From Candidatus Peregrinibacteria bacterium (GTDB taxonomy: Bacteria > Patescibacteriota > Gracilibacteria > UBA1369), in NCBI GenBank assembly GCA_963708185.1, contig OY970195.1, positions 1,120,001 through 1,184,000 of the forward strand: a stretch of DNA of 64,000 nt, read 5' to 3'. Positions within the stretch are counted from its first letter, which is position 1. Every line of letters begins with the position of its first letter. The translations under genes and the position numbers were made by a program. The notes beneath the pieces were generated by a model. It saw only the letters and a list, made by a program, of their open reading frames with translations, searched no databases and was not told the origin of the DNA. Of this stretch, positions 19,401 through 27,133 are shown piece by piece.

Positions 19401-19830
19401 TTACGAAGATAACCGCGACGACAGAAAACTGTCCCAGGCCGTGATGAACCGTGAATGGTTCTACGCGCAACTGAATAATCCCCAGACTTTCTACGACGCC
19501 GAGAGCGCCATCGGCCGGCCGGTTTCTTTTAATCTCATCAGCAACGGCGTGATGCAGATGTTCCTGGACTGGGGCGGAGGAGCGGCGCGTGATACCGGCC
19601 ATAACGCGATGCTGAACGTGTGGGCCGACAACAGCGGCAGACTGAACTACATTCTGAATTATAAAGGCAAAGGTCCCAGGGGCGTCGCCAAAGACATCCC
19701 TGAACTTATCAACATTGTCGGGAATCAACGAGCTGCCGTTCTCCAAACCTCACCCGGCGAAACGCCCAAAGAACAGCCAAAAAATACGAGCGGCGTCCCG
19801 GTGGCATCTCCCAATGAAAAAGCGGCATAG
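16411..19830 (+). CDS. Large orphan protein with glycine zipper, SH3b-like segment and duplicated C-terminal module
   Basis: 1139 aa; GWGIGGGVIGTALAIPLGPIAPIGGAIIGSQAGG; FVKVNYQGKIYYAAMEYL; two LDW(S/G)G..NA..W..G..NY modules. Confidence 0.85.
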   Translation: MPENLQEQLDQRIENKEQVSALDAADAYAQTIESHRREYIAKGGTPENFEKDEKAFVEKAREIRNKQLDKIGLLNQDLERKKISVVDKTRTAERKERYENAQKYGWDTTDPDKEGNMDDFEGTGDDNKWGFGRTALAGYVSGLQMTDPAMASEAMRKVQEAYKKTSSWGDHYVSNQDIRDIIGNEYLSQLEGHHLTDRAMAFLASYLRQADSFFKNSDENNTYKGYVVDAIDDRLNSTQQPAAQAEHESSTGWGIGGGVIGTALAIPLGPIAPIGGAIIGSQAGGSEVETYASKNARAEAQLNALSTILTPKEWKEAWTQRLKNTLEPFKKLCDTIVAANPEFTFQNQDVKDMLGKNADDLIYSDETKLIAAKEKAREELRDFMQKKKDEYSGQVESNKKSAADLKARYKTLRIPTVSDDEWSALDTSLNQQAQDMDSIAFVSNTSMEDLAAMWGKLVMVRDGNGLLRNQFDALSSRIKDAEEKEPAIAKFTADKDLLETYDPKTKQFSYTANGMRFESAKGKAQATFGNPEINKIFESKISPFFTNIISKYKLSSDEKKHADEIMSKADKNDEKQMAAANKEVMEYVMERFQSRMKADDKEKIDKISALIDQADKDSTFSFDHMPSAEELQKAYDEKFVPAWEKAAKDFDAQYGKATGEQPSGTVGGGFLGGEETPETAPSSLDPYSDHWSKGTDVPLDPDYKGFTGGLEVAPNIEDLKFRDVNTHKILLAVPGGTGATANEITLSEPEGTIHKVDSLSFVKVNYQGKIYYAAMEYLQKNDQSLIAEREAKNGSPKMPGTPANPEVQQGLPKGLEFLGKVNGEYRDALERILRDSEKPGGALFDLYFNKKTLPCRLTKAPKGQYIVNWEGGSFTYRNLNEVMIGINNGFLLQQITYGALLSPKYYEAYEDKIDSFKDDVKATGRPGEVYFELDWSGAGRGEGNAQVWATALPNGLVNYHIHRDHVDINGGNDRNGIAGSFDDFMQQIAHIKEWSEYYEDNRDDRKLSQAVMNREWFYAQLNNPQTFYDAESAIGRPVSFNLISNGVMQMFLDWGGGAARDTGHNAMLNVWADNSGRLNYILNYKGKGPRGVAKDIPELINIVGNQRAAVLQTSPGETPKEQPKNTSGVPVASPNEKAA

Positions 19831-19887
19831 CAAAAGGATTCATTCGTTTTCCATCAATTTACCATCTATATTCTCACCAAAATTCAT

Positions 19888-20769
19888 ATGAAAAAATTTA
19901 TTTGTTTCAGAAATTTCGCAAACGTTAACCGCTTGGTTTACGCGGCCGGCGGGGAGAAACCATCACAGCCTGAAAATGCCGAGGTGATTCCAAAAGATGC
20001 GGATTTAACTCCGGCGAAACTTGATGAAATTTCCAAAGCCGTCGATAACAATATCAGCGCCGTCGAAGACTATTATAAGGGCGGTGAATCCAAGCTCATG
20101 CATCATCCCGATATGCCGAAGCAGGTCAAAACCCAGTTGGATCAGCTGAAGCAGTTAAAAATCCAGCTCGACCAGGTCAAGGCAAATCCGGCAGGCGCGC
20201 GTCAGGTCCTCGGAAAAATTTACCGTATTTTTACCCAACTTGAAGCACACAGTGAGGAACGGTACAAAGCCGATATCGCATCGCATGATCCTCTTGTCGG
20301 CCTGGGTTTCAGCATCGATACTCCGGAACTCGCACCGGCAGCTCCGAAAACGACCAAGGCTGAAAATGCTCCAGAGACAAAAGAAACACAGCAACAGCTG
20401 GTACGAAGCGCCGTCGAAAACATTGCGCGCGCCGGCGGAGAATTGACCCAGCCCATGCTCGACGCCCTGAAAACCCAATTCAAAGGAACAAATGTCCTTT
20501 CCTACACCCTGAATATTCAGGGAAATCCGGTACTGGTCTTCATTGAACGTTCTCCCGACGGGAAAGGTTTCCAGGCGAAGGGTGTCCGCTACAACGCCGA
20601 AGTCCCTCTGGAAAAACAGGCTTCCTCCTGGGATACCGCAAGTTTCACCTATACCCATTCCTTTGACGCCTTGGACAACTCACCTCCATCCGTTCCCGAC
20701 AAAAGCATTCAAGAGTACGTTTCCCAGGGCAAAAAAGGTAAAAAACTCAACCCGACGGCGCTTGGCTAA
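19888..20769 (+). CDS. Orphan protein with RxVY leader
   Basis: 293 aa; starts MKKFICFRNFANVNRLVYAAGGEKP. Confidence 0.8.
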   Translation: MKKFICFRNFANVNRLVYAAGGEKPSQPENAEVIPKDADLTPAKLDEISKAVDNNISAVEDYYKGGESKLMHHPDMPKQVKTQLDQLKQLKIQLDQVKANPAGARQVLGKIYRIFTQLEAHSEERYKADIASHDPLVGLGFSIDTPELAPAAPKTTKAENAPETKETQQQLVRSAVENIARAGGELTQPMLDALKTQFKGTNVLSYTLNIQGNPVLVFIERSPDGKGFQAKGVRYNAEVPLEKQASSWDTASFTYTHSFDALDNSPPSVPDKSIQEYVSQGKKGKKLNPTALG

Positions 20770-20793
20770 AAACCCTTATCTTCATCGAACATC

Positions 20794-21111
20794 ATGGATC
20801 AATCTCTCCAGGACGAGCTACAGGAACTCATCGAATCTTCTTTGAGTATCGCCACGCTCAGTGACGACAACCAGGCCGCGTTGAAAAAACGATTGCTCGC
20901 TCTTCCTGAGGACGAGATGAGAAGGGTCGTCGAGGTTTTGCGCGGTGAGCAGAAACAGCAGTATGAAGCCATGAAAGGGCTAGTGCAAAAAATCGAGAAC
21001 GCCAGCACCACCCTCAAAAAGACTTTTCTCAAGGAGCGCGAAAAAGAAGAAACCAAACAGTCCGACCAGAAAGCCGACCAGCTCATCAAAAAGCTGGATG
21101 ACATGGATTAA
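20794..21111 (+). CDS. Small helical protein, family S copy 2
   Basis: 105 aa; LIESSLSIATL..RLLALPEDE..VLRGEQ; ends DQKADQLIKKLDDMD*. Confidence 0.8.
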   Translation: MDQSLQDELQELIESSLSIATLSDDNQAALKKRLLALPEDEMRRVVEVLRGEQKQQYEAMKGLVQKIENASTTLKKTFLKEREKEETKQSDQKADQLIKKLDDMD

Positions 21112-21127
21112 GGCGCATGCAGCGGGT

Positions 21128-22186
21128 TCAAAACGGGACGATGTCCCTGATTTTTTTCACGGTCACCAAAAGAAAATACCAGAAAGGCTGGTAAACAATT
21201 TCACGCGCGGGCTGGTAATCCACTCGTTGCCCTCCGAATTTGAGCTTGAAATCGGTGACGCCGGCCCAGGGATGTGTCGGTTGATTTTGCGGAGCGATCC
21301 CGAGAAAATCATACCATTTGCAGCCTGCGGTTTTGGCGTCGAGGAGGGCGCGCCACTGCAGAAGATACGGCGCCATGACGTTGCGGTGTTCGTTGGAGGA
21401 CGCTCCGAAATAGTAGATCGCGGTATCGCGGTAGAACGTGACGATGATGCCCGCCACGATTTCATCTTTATACTCCGCTAGGTAAAGTTTGGCTTCTGGA
21501 TGCGATAAATCGTGACCATGGCCGTTGCGTCCGGGATGTAAGGTCGAAAGCATGTCTTCATAAAATTTTTTGTTGTGACCCGAAAATTTATCGCGCGAGG
21601 TGGTTTGTGAAAGAAGCCGGTAAAAGGCGTCGATATCTTTTACGTTGCCGTCACTGGCCCGGACCGAAACGTGATGTTTTTCAGCGACCCTGATGTTATA
21701 GCGGCCCTTGGGTTTCATCTGCGATAGAAGCCGCTCTTCGGAGAAAGAAAGATCCAGCAGAAGCGTGTTTTCCGGCTGGTAGTGCGCATGGGCTTTGCGT
21801 GAGGGAAGATCTTTCCAGTAGATTTTTTCTTCTTGGGGAAGCGGGGGGTCGAAGCGGAAAAATACCGCATTTTGTTGCCTGGCGAGATCGCGGATTTTTT
21901 TGAGGAGGTGTTTGAGCGCCCGGTGATCGTGGTAATCGGCCAAAGGGCCGCGAGGGCAATACAGCCAGCATTTTTTGAATGGAAGCTCCTGGCGAATAAT
22001 AAGGGCTGAAGCCATTATTATGCCGTTTTCGTCCTCAACGGCGTAACACCAGAATTTTTCACGACCTGCGAGGCTGGTCTGAAATTCTCCCCACTGGGGT
22101 GTCTGGTGGATGGAACCGAGTGGATGTTTCCCCACAAAAGACAGGTATTTCGGCCAGTCATTTTTGGTGATCTCAATGACTTTCAT
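21128..22186 (-). CDS. FemABX-family peptidoglycan bridge aminoacyltransferase
   Basis: HQTPQWGEF, YCPRGP, MKPKGRYNIRVAEK, YFGASS, YDFLGI, FKLKFGG motifs. Confidence 0.9.
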   Translation of the reverse strand: MKVIEITKNDWPKYLSFVGKHPLGSIHQTPQWGEFQTSLAGREKFWCYAVEDENGIIMASALIIRQELPFKKCWLYCPRGPLADYHDHRALKHLLKKIRDLARQQNAVFFRFDPPLPQEEKIYWKDLPSRKAHAHYQPENTLLLDLSFSEERLLSQMKPKGRYNIRVAEKHHVSVRASDGNVKDIDAFYRLLSQTTSRDKFSGHNKKFYEDMLSTLHPGRNGHGHDLSHPEAKLYLAEYKDEIVAGIIVTFYRDTAIYYFGASSNEHRNVMAPYLLQWRALLDAKTAGCKWYDFLGIAPQNQPTHPWAGVTDFKLKFGGQRVDYQPAREIVYQPFWYFLLVTVKKIRDIVPF

Positions 22187-22247
22187 AAGCTTAAAAATCA
22201 GGCAAAACCTACTTTACCATATCATTGTGTCGGTGAAACGAAGAGTG

Positions 22248-22284
22248 TTGCGATATTGGGCTTTTTATAGTATAATTATATGAT
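22248..22284 (+). promoter_or_regulatory. Promoter of orphan operon B
   Basis: TTGCGA-N17-TATAAT; near-identical to the operon A promoter. Confidence 0.75.
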
Positions 22285-22304
22285 CAAATAAACTCAAGAT
22301 ACAT

Positions 22305-22661
22305 ATGGCTGATTACGATCTTATCAAGAATACCGAACTGCGGCTTCTCGTTACAGCTTCGGAAAGTATCCGCAGCTTGAAGGAGCAGGAAATTCAACAG
22401 TGGGTTGAACGTATTGCCGCACTGCCTCCAGAGGGAGAACGGGCGATGCTCGTAGCCCTTCGTGATGAACAGGAACAAATACGCAAAGCAAAACTTGCGA
22501 AAGGCATTACCCCTGAAATGGAGCGCGCGGAGCGTGAAAAGAAAATGGAGAAAGTGTACGCCATCAAAAAAGATTTTGAAAAAGTCGTGCGAATAGAAAA
22601 CGAAAAAACTGCCAACAATGAATCAAGCGCAGAAGCAGAATCTTTACTTAAAAAACTTTAA
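22305..22661 (+). CDS. Small helical protein, family S copy 3
   Basis: 118 aa; LVTASESIRSL..RIAALPPEG..ALRDEQ; ends SAEAESLLKKL*. Confidence 0.8.
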   Translation: MADYDLIKNTELRLLVTASESIRSLKEQEIQQWVERIAALPPEGERAMLVALRDEQEQIRKAKLAKGITPEMERAEREKKMEKVYAIKKDFEKVVRIENEKTANNESSAEAESLLKKL

Positions 22662-22677
22662 ACATTTTTCCCGTTCT

Positions 22678-24291
22678 ATGAAAAACAAACACCTCAAAAT
22701 ATTTCTTCAAGATGAAAACGGCAGTTTTTTCAAACAGCCACGCGTTGTTTTTCAAAACGGAGCTGAAAAACCACAGGAGAACGAGAATAAAGCCCCCGAA
22801 CAGAAAAAAGAAGTTTCACAGCTTGGCTATGATTTTGCCCTCAGTGATGCAAGAAAAGCCATTGCTCCTTATCTGGAAACGAAAATAGAGAATGCAAACA
22901 TCAATGTCGCCGCCCTGAAAGCAAAGGCGGATCTTGATGCACTGGATGTTCGCGTCGACGTTCTTGATAAGGCGGCAAAAGAGGCCAACCTCCAGAAAAT
23001 GCGATCGATCATGGAACGATTTTCCGCTTTCCCCATCGTCAAAGAAAAACAGCAAAAGGCCGTCAAACTCCGAGAGGATCTGATAAAAGATTCCGAAGCA
23101 AAAGCGAAAAAAGCCATTGATGATGTAGTGACTCAATTCGCGAACGTCAAAGGATTCGAGATGAGCGGCGCCCTGAAAACCGACCTTGATGATTACGAAC
23201 AGTCGGTTGAAGGAGGCATGGACATACAGATTGAAGCAACGGCCGGAGAACTCAACACGAACCTGGCGAATCTTGACGGTGCGGGCTTAACCGCCGAAGG
23301 CGCAGCTCTCGACGGAGTCATCAAAAAACTCGACGGAACCGATGTCACACTGAACAAGTACATTGAAAACGCTCTTCGCGATGCCAAGCCGGTAGCGGAA
23401 GGAAAAATCCTTATGGAGATGAGCAAAGGCAAAGACCCTGAAGCCGCCAAACAGTTCATCTCCAAGCAGATCGATGCAAGAATCGCTGCACTTCCCCACA
23501 AAGATGAAATCGACAACGACCGTTCGCGCGGGCAAGAAGCAAAACTGACTCAATTGCGCGATCAGATTCTGGCATCGCTGGATGCTGCAAAAGGTCCGAA
23601 AGACGGCCCGAAAAGATTTACGATCCTGGCGTATTTCCAGGACCAGCTCAACGCCATGGACGTGAAACCAGGCACTCCGGATAATGAGAAACCTTCCCGC
23701 GTCCGGGACGCTTACGGCAAACAGGTTGACCTTGAACTTCAACAGCAAACCGACATTCTGGCCAGGAGAAGGCAGGAATCAGGAACACTGGCCCAGAGAC
23801 TCTTCAACGCCCAGGAACGAGCCAAGAAGGATCCCGACTACAAGGTTGACCCCAAATTGAAAGCTGATGCAGGGAAAGCCTACCTGGCGTTCCGTGAACA
23901 AGAGAAGGCGGTCAAAAAACTGCAGGGCGCGCAGAAAGAGGTCGGTGTTCTTCCACAAGAACCACCGCTGACCAAAGCGCCGGAAATCGGCCCAATCGCC
24001 ACCGCAAAAAGCGTCAAGGATACCATCGACACCTTAAAGTTCAATACCATCGACGGCACCGGAAAAGCCAAAGCCACCATCGACGGCGTTGACGTAACCA
24101 TAACCAAACTCGGACCTCCTTCCTTCAGTACTTCCGTGGATGTTGAAGATAATCCCGATCTCGGCATCACCACCAACATCTCCGGAGACCCTTTTTCCGT
24201 TTCCGAAAGTCTCGCCTGGGCCATCCGCCAGAAAAAAATCACTGACCGAGGCAAAGCCAAGCCCGACGCTTCAGTCGCGGAAAATAAGTAG
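22678..24291 (+). CDS. Orphan coiled-coil protein with RxVF leader
   Basis: From ATG 22678 (537 aa): MKNKHLKIFLQDENGSFFKQPRVVFQNGAEKP. Confidence 0.8.
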   Translation: MKNKHLKIFLQDENGSFFKQPRVVFQNGAEKPQENENKAPEQKKEVSQLGYDFALSDARKAIAPYLETKIENANINVAALKAKADLDALDVRVDVLDKAAKEANLQKMRSIMERFSAFPIVKEKQQKAVKLREDLIKDSEAKAKKAIDDVVTQFANVKGFEMSGALKTDLDDYEQSVEGGMDIQIEATAGELNTNLANLDGAGLTAEGAALDGVIKKLDGTDVTLNKYIENALRDAKPVAEGKILMEMSKGKDPEAAKQFISKQIDARIAALPHKDEIDNDRSRGQEAKLTQLRDQILASLDAAKGPKDGPKRFTILAYFQDQLNAMDVKPGTPDNEKPSRVRDAYGKQVDLELQQQTDILARRRQESGTLAQRLFNAQERAKKDPDYKVDPKLKADAGKAYLAFREQEKAVKKLQGAQKEVGVLPQEPPLTKAPEIGPIATAKSVKDTIDTLKFNTIDGTGKAKATIDGVDVTITKLGPPSFSTSVDVEDNPDLGITTNISGDPFSVSESLAWAIRQKKITDRGKAKPDASVAENK

Positions 24292-24309
24292 TCATTAACT
24301 TTATACGTC

Positions 24310-24615
24310 ATGACCAAAGAACAGTACCTTGCCAACATCCGGAAATTCGACGTCATCAACAGTCTGAGCAGCGAACTCCGCCAGTCGTATATGAATGCAG
24401 ATCAGGTTACCTTTGAAACCAATTTGCGTATGCTTGAACTTGCGCAGGGCGACGTGAAATCCGCAAAAAAGACCTACCTGACGGCGGTGCATGAGGCCGC
24501 GGCCGTGTATGAGAAAGATGCCCAGACGGCCAGACACGACCTGACGAAGAAAGCGGAAAGCAGGGTCCAGACCTCGGATGAGGCCGCGGCCGAAAAACTT
24601 ATTCAAAATCTTTAA
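24310..24615 (+). CDS. Small helical protein, family S copy 4
   Basis: 101 aa; ends TSDEAAAEKLIQNL*. Confidence 0.8.
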   Translation: MTKEQYLANIRKFDVINSLSSELRQSYMNADQVTFETNLRMLELAQGDVKSAKKTYLTAVHEAAAVYEKDAQTARHDLTKKAESRVQTSDEAAAEKLIQNL

Positions 24616-24634
24616 AAAACTTATTTTTAAATCT

Positions 24635-25756
24635 ATGAAAAAATTTCTTCATTGTCTGCCGTCGTTCCGTTCTTCATTCTTCCCGAAGCGAGCGGTTTTT
24701 ATGGGCGAAGTTCCTTCCCAGGCAGACCAGCAGGTCGCAAAAGAAGCCATCAAGGCCAAAGCTCCGGAACTTGAAAAAAAAGGCGAAGCTTTCCAGCAGC
24801 AGCTGGATGCCATGAGCGACGAACAGCTGCAGAAACTGAATGTCGACACGGAAGCAAAAAGCGCCAAAGACGATGTGGACAAAACATTCCAGGACATCAT
24901 GAACGATCCCGTCGTGAACCCGAAGCTCGGAGAAGGAAAGTTCTACACTCCCGGTTCTTATGAGACGCATGCTGATATCCAGCCTTTGCGCGAAGCACGC
25001 GACAACGCGAAAAAGGCCATTGAAAAAGCCCAGGAGGACTGCAAGGAAAAACAGAAGGAAATTACCGACGTCCTCGATCTTCAGCGCAACTCCAGGGTCA
25101 ATGTTGAAGAAGGTTTTAAGACCATGGCCTCCAACAAAGCAGAGATGATGAAAATCCTGGACTCCGATCCGGCAAAATTGAAGATGGAAGACATCCAGCA
25201 ACTCGATCAGAAGTTGAAAAGCGTTACCGGCACCAATGAGTTTCTCACCAATACCATTTACGCCAATCTTGACCAGAATCTTCAGAAGGTCGATGAAATG
25301 AAATTCAAGGACTCTCTTGCGAGCGTGAAGTTTGCGCATGATCTCATGCAGACTGACCTGAAATCTTTCGGCGATACTTTCGCCCAAGTGGATAACGCTT
25401 CTCAGATTTACAAATCTGCTTCAGGTTTTGTGGAAGGCATGAAGCTTCGTTCGCAAGCCAATGCCAGCAACGACGCAACGAAGTTCGACCAGTCTAAGGC
25501 CATGCTTGATGCCGCCAAAAAAAGCGCAGACGGATTCCGTACTATCCGCATCGGCGTTCCGGGAGCCGCTCCCGCCGAAGCCGTGGCACGCGTTGGAACG
25601 ACCAGTGTTGAACATTATGAAGGTGGAGGGAAAGTTGTTGTTGAAAGCGAACCTATCCCGGGTGTAAGAACGGGCGTAACGACCGTTGAACAACCAACTC
25701 CGGGCGTACAACCTGTTGCAGTGGAAGAAAAACCCAAAGAAAAACCGGGCGCGTAA
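24635..25756 (+). CDS. Orphan coiled-coil protein with RxVF leader
   Basis: From ATG 24635 (373 aa): MKKFLHCLPSFRSSFFPKRAVFMGEVP. Confidence 0.8.
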   Translation: MKKFLHCLPSFRSSFFPKRAVFMGEVPSQADQQVAKEAIKAKAPELEKKGEAFQQQLDAMSDEQLQKLNVDTEAKSAKDDVDKTFQDIMNDPVVNPKLGEGKFYTPGSYETHADIQPLREARDNAKKAIEKAQEDCKEKQKEITDVLDLQRNSRVNVEEGFKTMASNKAEMMKILDSDPAKLKMEDIQQLDQKLKSVTGTNEFLTNTIYANLDQNLQKVDEMKFKDSLASVKFAHDLMQTDLKSFGDTFAQVDNASQIYKSASGFVEGMKLRSQANASNDATKFDQSKAMLDAAKKSADGFRTIRIGVPGAAPAEAVARVGTTSVEHYEGGGKVVVESEPIPGVRTGVTTVEQPTPGVQPVAVEEKPKEKPGA

Positions 25757-25782
25757 TCCAAAACATACTCGCAAAAACCTAC

Positions 25783-25810
25783 AAAAAAGAGACCCTTCCG
25801 GGTCTCTTTT
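25783..25810. terminator. Bidirectional intrinsic terminator
   Basis: AAAAAAGAGACCC-TTCC-GGGTCTCTTTT between convergent operon B and ftsZ. Confidence 0.8.
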
Positions 25811-25853
25811 GGAATTCTTGTCATGAACGCTTCTCTGCGGCCGGCTCAAGAGC

Positions 25854-27041
25854 CTAGTTCATCTTCTTGCGAATGAAGGCCGGGATGTCGAGTTCGTTTT
25901 CGGTGGATTTGATCGGCTGGCCGGTGCTGTTCGGAGTAGCCGTCACGCTTCCGTTGCCCATGTTCTGCTGGTTGAGCGACATGTGCTGGCGAAGAACGTT
26001 GGGACGTTCACGAGGAGTGTCGTCGAAGCCCGTGGCAACCACGGTGATTTTGACTTCGCCGGTATAGGAATCGTTGATAACTGCACCGAAAATGATGTTT
26101 GCTTCAGGATCAGCGGCCTCGGTAATGATGCGTGCAGCTTCGTCGACCTCGAACATGGAAAGGTCGTTGCCTCCGGTGACGTTGAAGAGTACGCCCTTGG
26201 CGCCGTCGATGGACAGCTCAAGAAGCGGAGATTCAATGGCGGCCTTTGCAGCTTCGATGGCGCGGTTTTCACCGGTGCCGTAGCCGATGCCCATGAGGGC
26301 GGAGCCGGCATTCTCCATGACGGTCTTGACGTCGGCGAAGTCCACGTTGATCATACCGTGAACGGTAATGAGGTCAGCGATGCCCTGGACACCCTGGCGG
26401 AGCACGTCGTCCACAACGGTGAAGGCTTCGGTGATCGGAGTTTTTTTGTCGATAATGGAAAGGATCTTGTCGTTCGGGATGGTAATGAGGGTATCAACCT
26501 TGCTCTTGAGGTTCTCCAATCCGTCGTCAGCCTGCTGGCGGCGGCGGTGACCTTCAAACGAGAACGGTCTGGTGACGACACCGACCGTCAAGATACCCAT
26601 TTCCTTGGCAATTTCCGCTACGACGGGAGCGCCGCCGGTACCGGTTCCTCCACCCATACCGCAGGTAATGAACACCATATCGGCGCCTTCAATAGCCTGG
26701 CGAATCTCCTCAGCATTCTCCTCGGCTGCCTGGCGGCCAACATCCGGATTGCTTCCGGCACCCAATCCGCGGGTGGTTGCTTTTCCTACGTTGATCTTTA
26801 CCGGTGCTTCAGAATGATACAGCGCCTGGGCATCGGTGTTGATGGCAATGAATTCGATACCGCGAAGGTTGGCCTTGATCATCCGATTGATGGCGTTTCC
26901 GCCGCCTCCACCGATACCAATGACTTTAATGGACGCGACCGGATTCATTTCCGGAATGACCTCAAGGGTCTTCTTGCCCATCTGATTTCCTCCTGAAAAC
27001 AGATTGCGCAGGTTATCTTTTTGCTGATGAGGAGTTGCCAT
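25854..27041 (-). CDS. ftsZ: Cell division protein FtsZ
   Basis: [16 protein letters not shown] tubulin signature, C-terminal LDIPAFIR. Confidence 0.98.
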   Translation of the reverse strand: MATPHQQKDNLRNLFSGGNQMGKKTLEVIPEMNPVASIKVIGIGGGGGNAINRMIKANLRGIEFIAINTDAQALYHSEAPVKINVGKATTRGLGAGSNPDVGRQAAEENAEEIRQAIEGADMVFITCGMGGGTGTGGAPVVAEIAKEMGILTVGVVTRPFSFEGHRRRQQADDGLENLKSKVDTLITIPNDKILSIIDKKTPITEAFTVVDDVLRQGVQGIADLITVHGMINVDFADVKTVMENAGSALMGIGYGTGENRAIEAAKAAIESPLLELSIDGAKGVLFNVTGGNDLSMFEVDEAARIITEAADPEANIIFGAVINDSYTGEVKITVVATGFDDTPRERPNVLRQHMSLNQQNMGNGSVTATPNSTGQPIKSTENELDIPAFIRKKMN

Positions 27042-27133
27042 ATATTGAGGAGTAAAGGGTATTTTTTAAAAGCGGACTATAATTGTTAAACGAATTTTGA
27101 TTTATTGTCAATAAAATATTGTGATTTCGCCTC

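Noticed and set aside
12746-25756. Calling the cluster a canonical type VII secretion or toxin-antitoxin locus
   Set aside because: No WxG/LXG motif, FtsK-type ATPase or recognisable toxin catalytic motif is visible; the resemblance is organisational only.
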